Notes under the pieces: generated by a model
Database searches by the model: none
Seen by the model: the letters and a program-made list of their open reading frames with translations, nothing else
Told to the model about the DNA's origin: nothing
Translations under genes and position numbers: made by a program
Shown here: positions 26,469 through 32,867 of the stretch, piece after piece
Position numbering within the stretch: the stretch's first letter is position 1
Layout of the letters: each line of letters opens with the position of its first letter
Assembly: GCA_964392835.1 (NCBI GenBank)
Contig: CAYMRI010000003.1
Location: 1-32,867, forward strand
Direction: 5' to 3'
Length of the DNA: 32,867 nt
Source: an uncultured Eubacteriales bacterium
GTDB lineage: Bacteria > Bacillota > Clostridia > UBA1212 > CASDQQ01

Positions 26469-28001
26469 TTATTCTGTTACATATGCATACGCTTTAAATT
26501 CAAAAAGACCATATCGGGAAAGTTCTCTCCAACGTTGTGGGTCACTAAGATTTTTAGAGCCGTAGTTTCTGTTCATATTTTCGCAATCGGTCAATGTAAT
26601 ACGAATATATTTTGCAGTCACAACCCCTTCGTCCACCCGAGGTGTTACTCTTACTTTCCCTGATGTCTGATCGGCATAGAGTGTCCAATTTTCATTGTCA
26701 GTAGAAGTTTCTATTTTATAGCGATAATATTTAGAACCAAATTCAAAATATAATTCTGTCTTTTGGATTTCATACTCCTGCGCTAATTCAATATAAATTT
26801 CTTTTTCGCCATCGTCATTTGCTGTTTTAAACAATGTTTGATAAGTCCCATCCACCAAATATTCCGGTACATAAATTCTTTCCTTTTGGTCGGAAGTGTA
26901 GGTAACGGTAGCACCTTGTGCCACATTTTTCAATGTTGCTTCTTGGGCAGACGTGGTAACACCAAGGACAATACCATCATAAGATGCTTTTACTTTTTGA
27001 ATGGTGCCATCCTCATTAAAAATCATATTGTCTACACAAACCTGGCGATAACCAAAGCCTATAAAAGGAATACTTTGTCTATGATAAACCATGACATATT
27101 GGCCGTCTTTTAGCTGCAATGTAGAGTGATGCCCTGTACCCACCAAATCTTCATCGGCAGATTCCAAAATGGTACCTTTTATTTCATACGGGCCATAAAT
27201 GCTATCCGCCATGGCATATACCACATGATAATCCGTTCCGGTCCAAACGCCTTCGGAAAACATTAAATAATATTTCCCATCTTTCTTAAGAATTTCCTGC
27301 CCTTCACGATAGACACGACTCAATTCTTCTATTACTTTTGTTTCAATCACTTCTGTAGGGTCTTCGGGATTTAATTTTGTGATGGCAGTAAGCAAGTCCC
27401 CACTCGCTCCGTCTTCATACATCAAATAGGTGATGTAAAGGCTGCCATCGTCATCCACGAACGCTTGCGGGTCAATGGTTTTATTCTTAGGAAAAAGGTC
27501 ATCTCCTTGCACGGTGAAAGGACCCATTGGAGAATCGCCTGTTGCCACCATAATTTTATAGTCTGCCAAAGTGAAGAACAAATAATATTTTTCTCCAACT
27601 TTTGCTAAAGATGGTGCCCAGTAACCATCTCCTGCGTTACTAAATTTTTTGCCTTTGTCGTTTAATAATTCCATTTCCGTTGCGTTCCAATTGACAAAGT
27701 CTGTGGAAGTCCAAATCATAGGCCAACCACCATTGCCACTGACAATATAACCGTCTGTGGTGGAATAAATATAATAAGTATCGTCAAATAAATATGCGGA
27801 AGGGTCTGCATGATATCCCGGCAAAATAGGATTTGCCAACTGGGTTATCGTGGTAACCGTACCATCCCCATTGTCTATGACAGTGCCAACTGCCGGCGTA
27901 GGTTCCGGGGTATCCTCCGTTCCTTGATCACATGCAACTGCCATACAGGTCAATACTGTAATCAACAATAATAAAATACCGGTTTTTATTACTTTTTTCA
28001 T
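26469..28001 (-). CDS. GH43-family glycoside hydrolase lipoprotein with a C-terminal discoidin/CBM32-like domain (paralog B)
   Basis: About 75% amino-acid identity to paralog A over the full 510 aa. The signal peptide and lipobox LTCMAVAC are present. It lies 22 nt upstream of paralog A. Confidence 0.85.
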   Translation of the reverse strand: MKKVIKTGILLLLITVLTCMAVACDQGTEDTPEPTPAVGTVIDNGDGTVTTITQLANPILPGYHADPSAYLFDDTYYIYSTTDGYIVSGNGGWPMIWTSTDFVNWNATEMELLNDKGKKFSNAGDGYWAPSLAKVGEKYYLFFTLADYKIMVATGDSPMGPFTVQGDDLFPKNKTIDPQAFVDDDGSLYITYLMYEDGASGDLLTAITKLNPEDPTEVIETKVIEELSRVYREGQEILKKDGKYYLMFSEGVWTGTDYHVVYAMADSIYGPYEIKGTILESADEDLVGTGHHSTLQLKDGQYVMVYHRQSIPFIGFGYRQVCVDNMIFNEDGTIQKVKASYDGIVLGVTTSAQEATLKNVAQGATVTYTSDQKERIYVPEYLVDGTYQTLFKTANDDGEKEIYIELAQEYEIQKTELYFEFGSKYYRYKIETSTDNENWTLYADQTSGKVRVTPRVDEGVVTAKYIRITLTDCENMNRNYGSKNLSDPQRWRELSRYGLFEFKAYAYVTE

Positions 28002-28040
28002 AATTCACATTCCTTTTGATTCATTTGCACTTGCTTAATT

Positions 28041-29465
28041 TTAGATTATATATGATTTCAGCCGTTCTTTCAACAGATTCCTTGTGGTTTCAGGATTGGC
28101 TTTTCCTTGCATTTCCTTCATAATAAGTCCCATGAAAAAAACAAGCGCTTTCTCTTTTCCTTCCTGATATTCTTTGACGGCTTTGAGATTATTGTGTAAC
28201 ACACAGTCAATAACAGGTAAAATTATTTTTTCATCGGAAATCATTGCCAAGTTATGTTCTTTTACATAGCTTTCCGGGTCTGCGCCTTCCAAGCAAACAG
28301 CTTGTAAAACTTGCTTTCCCACATTTCGATTAATAGTGCCCTGATTGACCAATCCAACTATTTTCCCAAACACAGCACCATCGATATTTCCCTTTAAAAG
28401 TTGCATCCATTCACTCATAATCCAATTTGCAACATCCTTGGGCTGTTGACAAACCGCAGTTGCTTTTTCAAACAACTCCCCTATTTTTTTAGAAGTAATT
28501 AAAAATTCCGCATCATAGGAAGACAGCCCAAACTGGTTTATGTACCGTAACTTTCTGGCTTCCGGCAATTCCGGCAAAGAATTTCTGATTGCATCTATCT
28601 GCCCTTGCAAAATTTTGACCGGTGGCAAATCCGGGTCCGGGAAATAACCATAATCAGAGGCATTTTCCTTCAACCGCATAGCCTGACTCTCACCTTTTGT
28701 ATCATCCCATCGGCGGGTTTCTTGAGATATGCTGCCACCGGCTTCTAATACTGCAATCTGCCGTTTCTTTTCTTCTTCAATCGCTCGTGCAATAGCCTTA
28801 AAGGAATTGAGGTTTTTCATTTCCGTGCGAGTACCGAAAGCTTTTTGTCCTACCGGGCGCACTGACAAATTCACGTCCACACGCAGGGAACCTTCCTCCA
28901 TTTTGCAGTCAGAAACTTCTATGAATTGTAAAATGTTTTTCAATTGTTCTAAAAACGCCACCACTTGCTGTGCATCACCAAAATCCGGTTGGGTCACCAA
29001 TTCCAAAAGCGGTATGCCGCATCGATTGTGGTCTACTGCTACCTCACCGGTGTTGGCATCATAGGTCAACTTCCCCGCATCCTCTTCCATATGAATTTCT
29101 CGTATGCGGATTTCTTTTTGCGCACCTTGTTCTGTTGATATCATAAGATGCCCATTTTGACAAATAGGTTCATAAAATTGTGTAATTTGATACCCCTTGG
29201 GCAAATCCGGGTAAGAATAATTTTTCCGATCAAAAGATGTATTTTTAATAATTTCGCAGTTGGTGGCAAGGCCGGCTCTCACAGCATATTCTACCACTTG
29301 CGGATTTAGTGTCGGCAGCGCACCCGGCTTACCGGTACAAATAGGACAACATTGTGTATTGGGTGCCGCTCCAAACTGGGTACTGCAATTACAAAACATC
29401 TTAGCTTTAGTGGACAATTCCACATGTACTTCCAACCCGATAACGGGTTCATACTGTTTTATCAT
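28041..29465 (-). CDS. gatB: Asp-tRNA(Asn)/Glu-tRNA(Gln) amidotransferase subunit B
   Basis: Full-length GatB: N-terminal VIGLEVHVEL, then NTQ, DRKNYSYPD, CKMEEGSLR, NLNSF, ETRRWD, and a YqeY-like C-terminal domain. RBS GAGGAAAG lies upstream. No gatC or gatA is present in this window. Confidence 0.85.
   Translation of the reverse strand: MIKQYEPVIGLEVHVELSTKAKMFCNCSTQFGAAPNTQCCPICTGKPGALPTLNPQVVEYAVRAGLATNCEIIKNTSFDRKNYSYPDLPKGYQITQFYEPICQNGHLMISTEQGAQKEIRIREIHMEEDAGKLTYDANTGEVAVDHNRCGIPLLELVTQPDFGDAQQVVAFLEQLKNILQFIEVSDCKMEEGSLRVDVNLSVRPVGQKAFGTRTEMKNLNSFKAIARAIEEEKKRQIAVLEAGGSISQETRRWDDTKGESQAMRLKENASDYGYFPDPDLPPVKILQGQIDAIRNSLPELPEARKLRYINQFGLSSYDAEFLITSKKIGELFEKATAVCQQPKDVANWIMSEWMQLLKGNIDGAVFGKIVGLVNQGTINRNVGKQVLQAVCLEGADPESYVKEHNLAMISDEKIILPVIDCVLHNNLKAVKEYQEGKEKALVFFMGLIMKEMQGKANPETTRNLLKERLKSYII
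28045..28073 (-). promoter_or_regulatory. SigmaA promoter for the GH43 tandem (-35 TTGAAA, 17 nt, -10 TATAAT), embedded in the 3' end of gatB
   Basis: On the minus strand, TTGAAA sits at 28073..28068 and TATAAT at 28050..28045, about 45 nt upstream of the GH43-B ATG at 28001. Confidence 0.5.
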
Positions 29466-29952
29466 TTTTCTTTCCTCGCAAAAAACGGTTTACACGGAAT
29501 AAAAACGGCCTGCACGGTCTGCTCCATCCCCAAAGTGTTACAAACCCGTTGTATTTCTTGTTGTCAACAGAGAACTTTTTCCCTTTTCGTTCAATGGCCT
29601 CCACTACAGCAACAATTTGCCCCGAGGTAATCTGCTCCGTCCAAGTTTGGGCATCTCCGTTGATTTCCAGTCTACCGGTCTTATCTTTTTTGATCATGCG
29701 ATGTAGCACATAAGTTCCGTCTTCCCGTCGAAAGAGGACAATGTCTTTCTTTTTAGGAACCCTTTGCTTTGGCGACACCAAAAACACTTTATCCCTTTGG
29801 GGATGTAAAGTAGGCGTCATACTGGTTCCGGTAACCACCAGTGGAAACACTCCACCGCTTTCCACAACATCAAAAATGACAGGTGCCAACTTTTCAGCAG
29901 CAAGCACCTGCCTGATTTCTTTGATTCCTTTTGTATTTCTTTCTTCAGCCAT
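29449..29952 (-). CDS. Soluble S26-type (SipW/Sec11-like, Ser-His dyad) signal-peptidase-like protein
   Basis: Catalytic-box order typical of archaeal/ER-type signal peptidase I: VVTGTSMTPTL (Ser box), KDIVLF, and VLHRMI (His box). No N-terminal TM helix is present. It overlaps the gatB start by 17 nt and the PqqD-like gene stop by 8 nt. Confidence 0.6.
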   Translation of the reverse strand: MAEERNTKGIKEIRQVLAAEKLAPVIFDVVESGGVFPLVVTGTSMTPTLHPQRDKVFLVSPKQRVPKKKDIVLFRREDGTYVLHRMIKKDKTGRLEINGDAQTWTEQITSGQIVAVVEAIERKGKKFSVDNKKYNGFVTLWGWSRPCRPFLFRVNRFLRGKKNDKTV

Positions 29953-30211
29953 CCAGCAACCCTGCGGCTTTCATATTGGAAATCATCACATCAATATCCT
30001 GTGTAGCCTGCTGGGGTGTCACTTCAAATTCTCCTACCATAGCCGCCACAGCTTCTTCTTTGGTATGCTCTTCCTGCAAAAACTGCCACAAAAACGCAGC
30101 TGTTTCATTTAAAGAAATCATACCGTTTAATTCGGCAGCCCGTTCTCCTACCGGCACTACCATCCAGGAAGAGGCGATTTTTCGAAGAACAAATCCTGAT
30201 TTTATTTTCAT
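29945..30211 (-). CDS. PqqD-family protein (RiPP recognition element-like peptide chaperone)
   Basis: About 88 aa with the PqqD pattern: a beta-hairpin start (GFVLRKIASSWMVVPVGE), LNETAAFLWQFL, and a C-terminal helix ...DIDVMISNMKAAGLL. The ATG at 30211 is the likely start; the ORF-track start is a TTG. Confidence 0.65.
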   Translation of the reverse strand: MKIKSGFVLRKIASSWMVVPVGERAAELNGMISLNETAAFLWQFLQEEHTKEEAVAAMVGEFEVTPQQATQDIDVMISNMKAAGLLDG

Positions 30212-30284
30212 AATACGCAAACCCGTCCTTTACCCTTAATAATTGTATTGTAGTATACAAACGGCGGGCATGCAAGAGGTGTTT

Positions 30285-31604
30285 TTATTCTGTTATTTCT
30301 GTTTGCACCAGCATCTTGTTTTCTCTGTCATAGAAAAAATCAATATTCTCATAAGAAAAGGTTTCTTCATTATACCGTTGTACATAAAATCCGTCTGCAC
30401 CTAATGCATGAAACACTTCTCCTTCGTAACTTCCTAACAAATACAATTCTGTGCCGTCATAGCCAACTACACAAAACAAAGGCTCTTTCCTCGGGGTATA
30501 ATCGAAAAACTGTGTATTCATAGCATCTGCTGCCTGCATTGTCAAAATAACGGCGCCGGTATCTGCATCCTGTTCCAAAAAGCGTTTCATATCGGTCATG
30601 GATGCAGCATAATAGCCAGCAGGAATTTCTTCTCCATAGTTCAATGTCATACTTGTATCATTTACTGTTACCTTTACTCCATTTTCTAAATACTCCACAG
30701 CCACGTTGTCCAAAGTTCCGTCCGCATCCAAATCCAGTTTTGTTTTTTTCAGTGCTTCTATATTTTCATCAAATGGTGTTTCAATCTGTTGCACTTCGCA
30801 AGGTTCAAAGACACACCTTCTTTCTACGGTCATATCTGTTTTCAGCAGTTCTCCTTTTCGAATCACTTGGTTTTTGTCAACGACAAACCGCCGATAGCCA
30901 TAAGTACCATAGTCAAATAAATATATGGTATCCCCACCTTTTTTTATCACAGTAACTTCTTCCAGGTTGTCTGTGGTATACCAGGCACCGGGCACACAAA
31001 AATCCAACAACAAATAGCTAATCCAGTATGTATAATCATAACCGGCACTCCGAAGAGGATTTTCCTGTTCCTCCCATTGGTCCTCTTTCTTTACATAATA
31101 ACCATTGTAATAACCTTGATTCTTTTTTAGATACCATTGCGACCCTCTGGAAAAATAATAATATTGGCAGTTGGTAATTCCTTGGTCTAAACGCCAGTCA
31201 TCTAAAATTACTTCCCCTTCCATTTTGCTACCATTGGAGTGCTCAATTAAAATTTTACCGCCACCTGTCTTTCGCGTCTCCAGAAAAGCATTTTCCATAT
31301 CTTCAATAATTTGGGTACATTGTGCTGTTCCCATTGCATAAGTACCCACTTCCATTTCAACGCCATTGTACAAAAGAATTCCTGTAACGGCTAACATTAC
31401 AATCATTACAATGGTTGCCAGGCAGGCAAATGCATAACGGGCATACCGACTCTTCGGCTTTACCACCGGCGCATCTACAAAGACCATATGATACATTTCC
31501 GTCTCCACCGAGCCTTCTGCCTGACACTTTTCCACCAGCCGCTGTTTCATATCATCCTGCATTGTTATTTTCTCTGCAGCCTTTTTTAATAAACGCATAT
31601 CCAT
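30285..31604 (-). CDS. Single-pass anti-sigma factor with a roughly 370-aa extracytoplasmic domain of unknown fold (Tyr/Trp-rich)
   Basis: The roughly 60-aa N-terminal cytoplasmic segment and one TM helix (YAFACLATIVMIVMLAVTGILLY) give an anti-sigma topology. The start codon sits 1 nt after the sigma stop codon. Confidence 0.65.
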   Translation of the reverse strand: MDMRLLKKAAEKITMQDDMKQRLVEKCQAEGSVETEMYHMVFVDAPVVKPKSRYARYAFACLATIVMIVMLAVTGILLYNGVEMEVGTYAMGTAQCTQIIEDMENAFLETRKTGGGKILIEHSNGSKMEGEVILDDWRLDQGITNCQYYYFSRGSQWYLKKNQGYYNGYYVKKEDQWEEQENPLRSAGYDYTYWISYLLLDFCVPGAWYTTDNLEEVTVIKKGGDTIYLFDYGTYGYRRFVVDKNQVIRKGELLKTDMTVERRCVFEPCEVQQIETPFDENIEALKKTKLDLDADGTLDNVAVEYLENGVKVTVNDTSMTLNYGEEIPAGYYAASMTDMKRFLEQDADTGAVILTMQAADAMNTQFFDYTPRKEPLFCVVGYDGTELYLLGSYEGEVFHALGADGFYVQRYNEETFSYENIDFFYDRENKMLVQTEITE

Positions 31605-31605
31605 A

Positions 31606-32070
31606 TCACAGAAACTCCTTTCGATATTTTTCTTCCAGCAGCTTACGACCTTTTTGCAGGCGCATTTTTACTGCGGAGGGAGTTTTCTCAATCATGCGGG
31701 CAATTTCTTCCACTTTATATTCCTCTACATAATGGAGCAACAGTACCGTTTTAAATTTTTCCGGCAGCGCCATAAGTGCTTCCATAATGCCAAGTTCTTC
31801 TTTTTCCATGGAAAAATGTTGTATGGATTCCAGTTCCACCTGTGGATGTCTTATGCGCGCCCGCAACACATCCCGGCATTGATTGGTGGCCACAGTCACC
31901 AACCAAGCCTTTTCTTTTGTTTCGTTTTCAAAACTTGGCGCCTTCTGCATATATTTCATCAGTGTTTCCTGCACCGCATCTTCCGCATCTTTTTCATTTC
32001 CCAGCAAACACAAGCAAATGCGAAGCAGTGTATTGCCATAGGTATGTATAATTGTTTCAATGGAATCCAT
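31606..32070 (-). CDS. ECF-type RNA polymerase sigma factor (sigma-70 regions 2 and 4)
   Basis: 154 aa, with a region-2-like segment (...EDAVQETLMKYMQK...) and a region-4 HTH (...EEIARMIEKTPSAVKMRLQKGRKLL). RBS GGGAGG lies upstream. Confidence 0.85.
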   Translation of the reverse strand: MDSIETIIHTYGNTLLRICLCLLGNEKDAEDAVQETLMKYMQKAPSFENETKEKAWLVTVATNQCRDVLRARIRHPQVELESIQHFSMEKEELGIMEALMALPEKFKTVLLLHYVEEYKVEEIARMIEKTPSAVKMRLQKGRKLLEEKYRKEFL

Positions 32071-32174
32071 CTGCTTCCCCTCCCTTTTGATATAAAAACG
32101 CTGTGCAACTGTGTTTGGTCAATTTTTAGTATAAAAAATTATTGTCTGATTTGTGTCGGTCAGTTCAGATTGCA

Positions 32175-32322
32175 TCTCAGTCGTTACCGTCCTTTTACAT
32201 ACGGTATCTCAGAAGTTACCGCCCGCAGAAGGTGGGTATCTTTTTTTACACAAAGAAAATTTCATAAATAAATGGTTTTTTTACTGAATTTGGTGAGATA
32301 CCGTCATGTTCCGGGCGGTAAT
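32175..32322 (-). promoter_or_regulatory. Structured 5' leader of the sigma operon with interleaved complementary segments (alternative helices or pseudoknot)
   Basis: GGTATCTCA (32203-32211) pairs with TGAGATACC (32295-32303). TTACCGCCCG (32216-32225) pairs with CGGGCGGTAA (32313-32322). A direct repeat ATCTCAG-NN-GTTACCG occurs at 32175-32190 and 32206-32221. Confidence 0.4.
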
Positions 32323-32387
32323 TATTAAGATAGCGTACATAACAGGACGATAAAATCCGACATGCAATCCCAACCACCCGTGTGCCA

Positions 32388-32418
32388 CTAAAAAAGGCCC
32401 TGCCACCCGGGCAGGACC
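32388..32418 (-). terminator. Intrinsic terminator after leuS
   Basis: Minus-strand RNA GGUCCUGCC-CGGGU-GGCAGGGCC (9-bp stem with one G-U pair, 5-nt loop), followed by UUUUUU. Confidence 0.7.
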
Positions 32419-32443
32419 TTCTTCTATACACTTATTCCAATTT

Positions 32444-32867
32444 TTACTTACCAACCACAATATTCACCAAACGGCCGGGAACTACAATCACTTTCTTTAC
32501 AGCAGCACCATCGCCCATTTGAGCTTTCAGAGCCTCAATTTGTGCAACCACAGTGCTGTCTGCCAAGGCAATGGCTTCTACTTCTGCCGGTGTTGCCTCT
32601 GTCGGAACCACCACTCTGGCACGCACCTTACCATTGATCTGTACACCCAACTCTACTGTGGACTTTACAAGCGCTGCTTCATCATAGGCAGGCCAGTTTT
32701 GGGCATGCAATGGTTTTTCGTCCATGTTGGTCAATTCCCACAATTCTTCTGTCATATGAGGAGCTACCGGGTTTAACAATAACAACAGATTCTTGAAGTC
32801 CCCCTTTGACAAAGAGCCTGCAGCATATGCTTCATTGACAAAACTCATCATAGCAGCGATGGCGGTG
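32444..32867 (-). CDS. leuS: Leucyl-tRNA synthetase, C-terminal part; the gene continues beyond the window end
   Basis: The C-terminus ...VKKVIVVPGRLVNIVVGK matches the conserved LeuS tail. The upstream portion is consistent with a class I anticodon-binding domain. Confidence 0.7.
   Translation of the reverse strand, partial: TAIAAMMSFVNEAYAAGSLSKGDFKNLLLLLNPVAPHMTEELWELTNMDEKPLHAQNWPAYDEAALVKSTVELGVQINGKVRARVVVPTEATPAEVEAIALADSTVVAQIEALKAQMGDGAAVKKVIVVPGRLVNIVVGK

Noticed and set aside
32246-32431. 61-aa minus-strand ORF in the sigma-operon leader
   Set aside because: It starts inside the leuS terminator stem and runs across the interleaved repeats. It has no RBS and is more plausibly non-coding leader RNA.
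1-32867. Mobile elements, prophage, tRNA/rRNA genes
   Set aside because: No transposase, integrase or phage structural signatures were recognised in the translated ORFs, and no tRNA-like cloverleaf candidates in the gene-free stretches. The only repeat family (TTAACTACAAAA inverted pairs) is too small to encode anything.

Overview
This 32.9-kb window looks like chromosomal DNA from a spore-forming Firmicute, probably class Clostridia. The evidence is GGAGG-type ribosome-binding sites, a complete spoIIIA operon and conserved Clostridial synteny. About 90% of the coding capacity is on the minus strand; every call rests on reading the translated ORFs and the DNA by eye (no searches run). The genes in window order are:

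- **Positions 1-6853, conserved housekeeping and sporulation block.** xseA (5' part, runs off the window), nusB, a small DUF2273 membrane protein, amaP, asp23, then spoIIIAH-AG-AF-AE-AD-AC-AB-AA.
- **7.0-12.8 kb.** Two translationally coupled ABC exporter half-transporters, divergent from a LytTR response regulator plus AgrC-like GHKL histidine kinase. A textbook LytTR direct-repeat box (two GGGATAAYTGG copies, 21 bp apart) sits in the shared promoter region. No pheromone or agrB-like gene is visible.
- **Carbohydrate-active genes.** An orphan lipoprotein; a 1498-aa GH38 alpha-mannosidase with a C-terminal discoidin/CBM32 module; and two tandem paralogous GH43+CBM32 lipoproteins that have their own sigmaA promoter inside the 3' end of gatB.
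- **Other genes.** efp, followed by a very acidic Cys-rich zinc-ribbon protein; a flotillin operon (DUF1836-like HTH protein, NfeD with a (DVDA)n repeat, a truncated SPFH paralog, FloT); VanZ; DUF368; and the 3' end of leuS.

The top candidate for an undescribed system is a tightly coupled minus-strand cluster at 28.0-32.1 kb:
- an ECF-size sigma factor;
- a single-pass anti-sigma factor with a large aromatic-rich extracellular domain;
- a PqqD-like (RRE) peptide-chaperone protein;
- a soluble SipW/Sec11-type (Ser-His) signal-peptidase-like protein;
- an apparently orphan gatB.

This cluster is preceded by a ~330-nt leader containing interleaved inverted repeats (mutually exclusive helices).

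Other non-coding signals are:
- a 12-13-bp inverted-repeat unit, TTAACTACAAAA / TTTTGTAGTTAA, recurring in two intergenic regions;
- a terminator-like hairpin whose 3' arm is the spoIIIAA Shine-Dalgarno;
- several clear sigmaA promoters and intrinsic terminators.

No rRNA, tRNA, CRISPR array, transposase or integrase was recognised.
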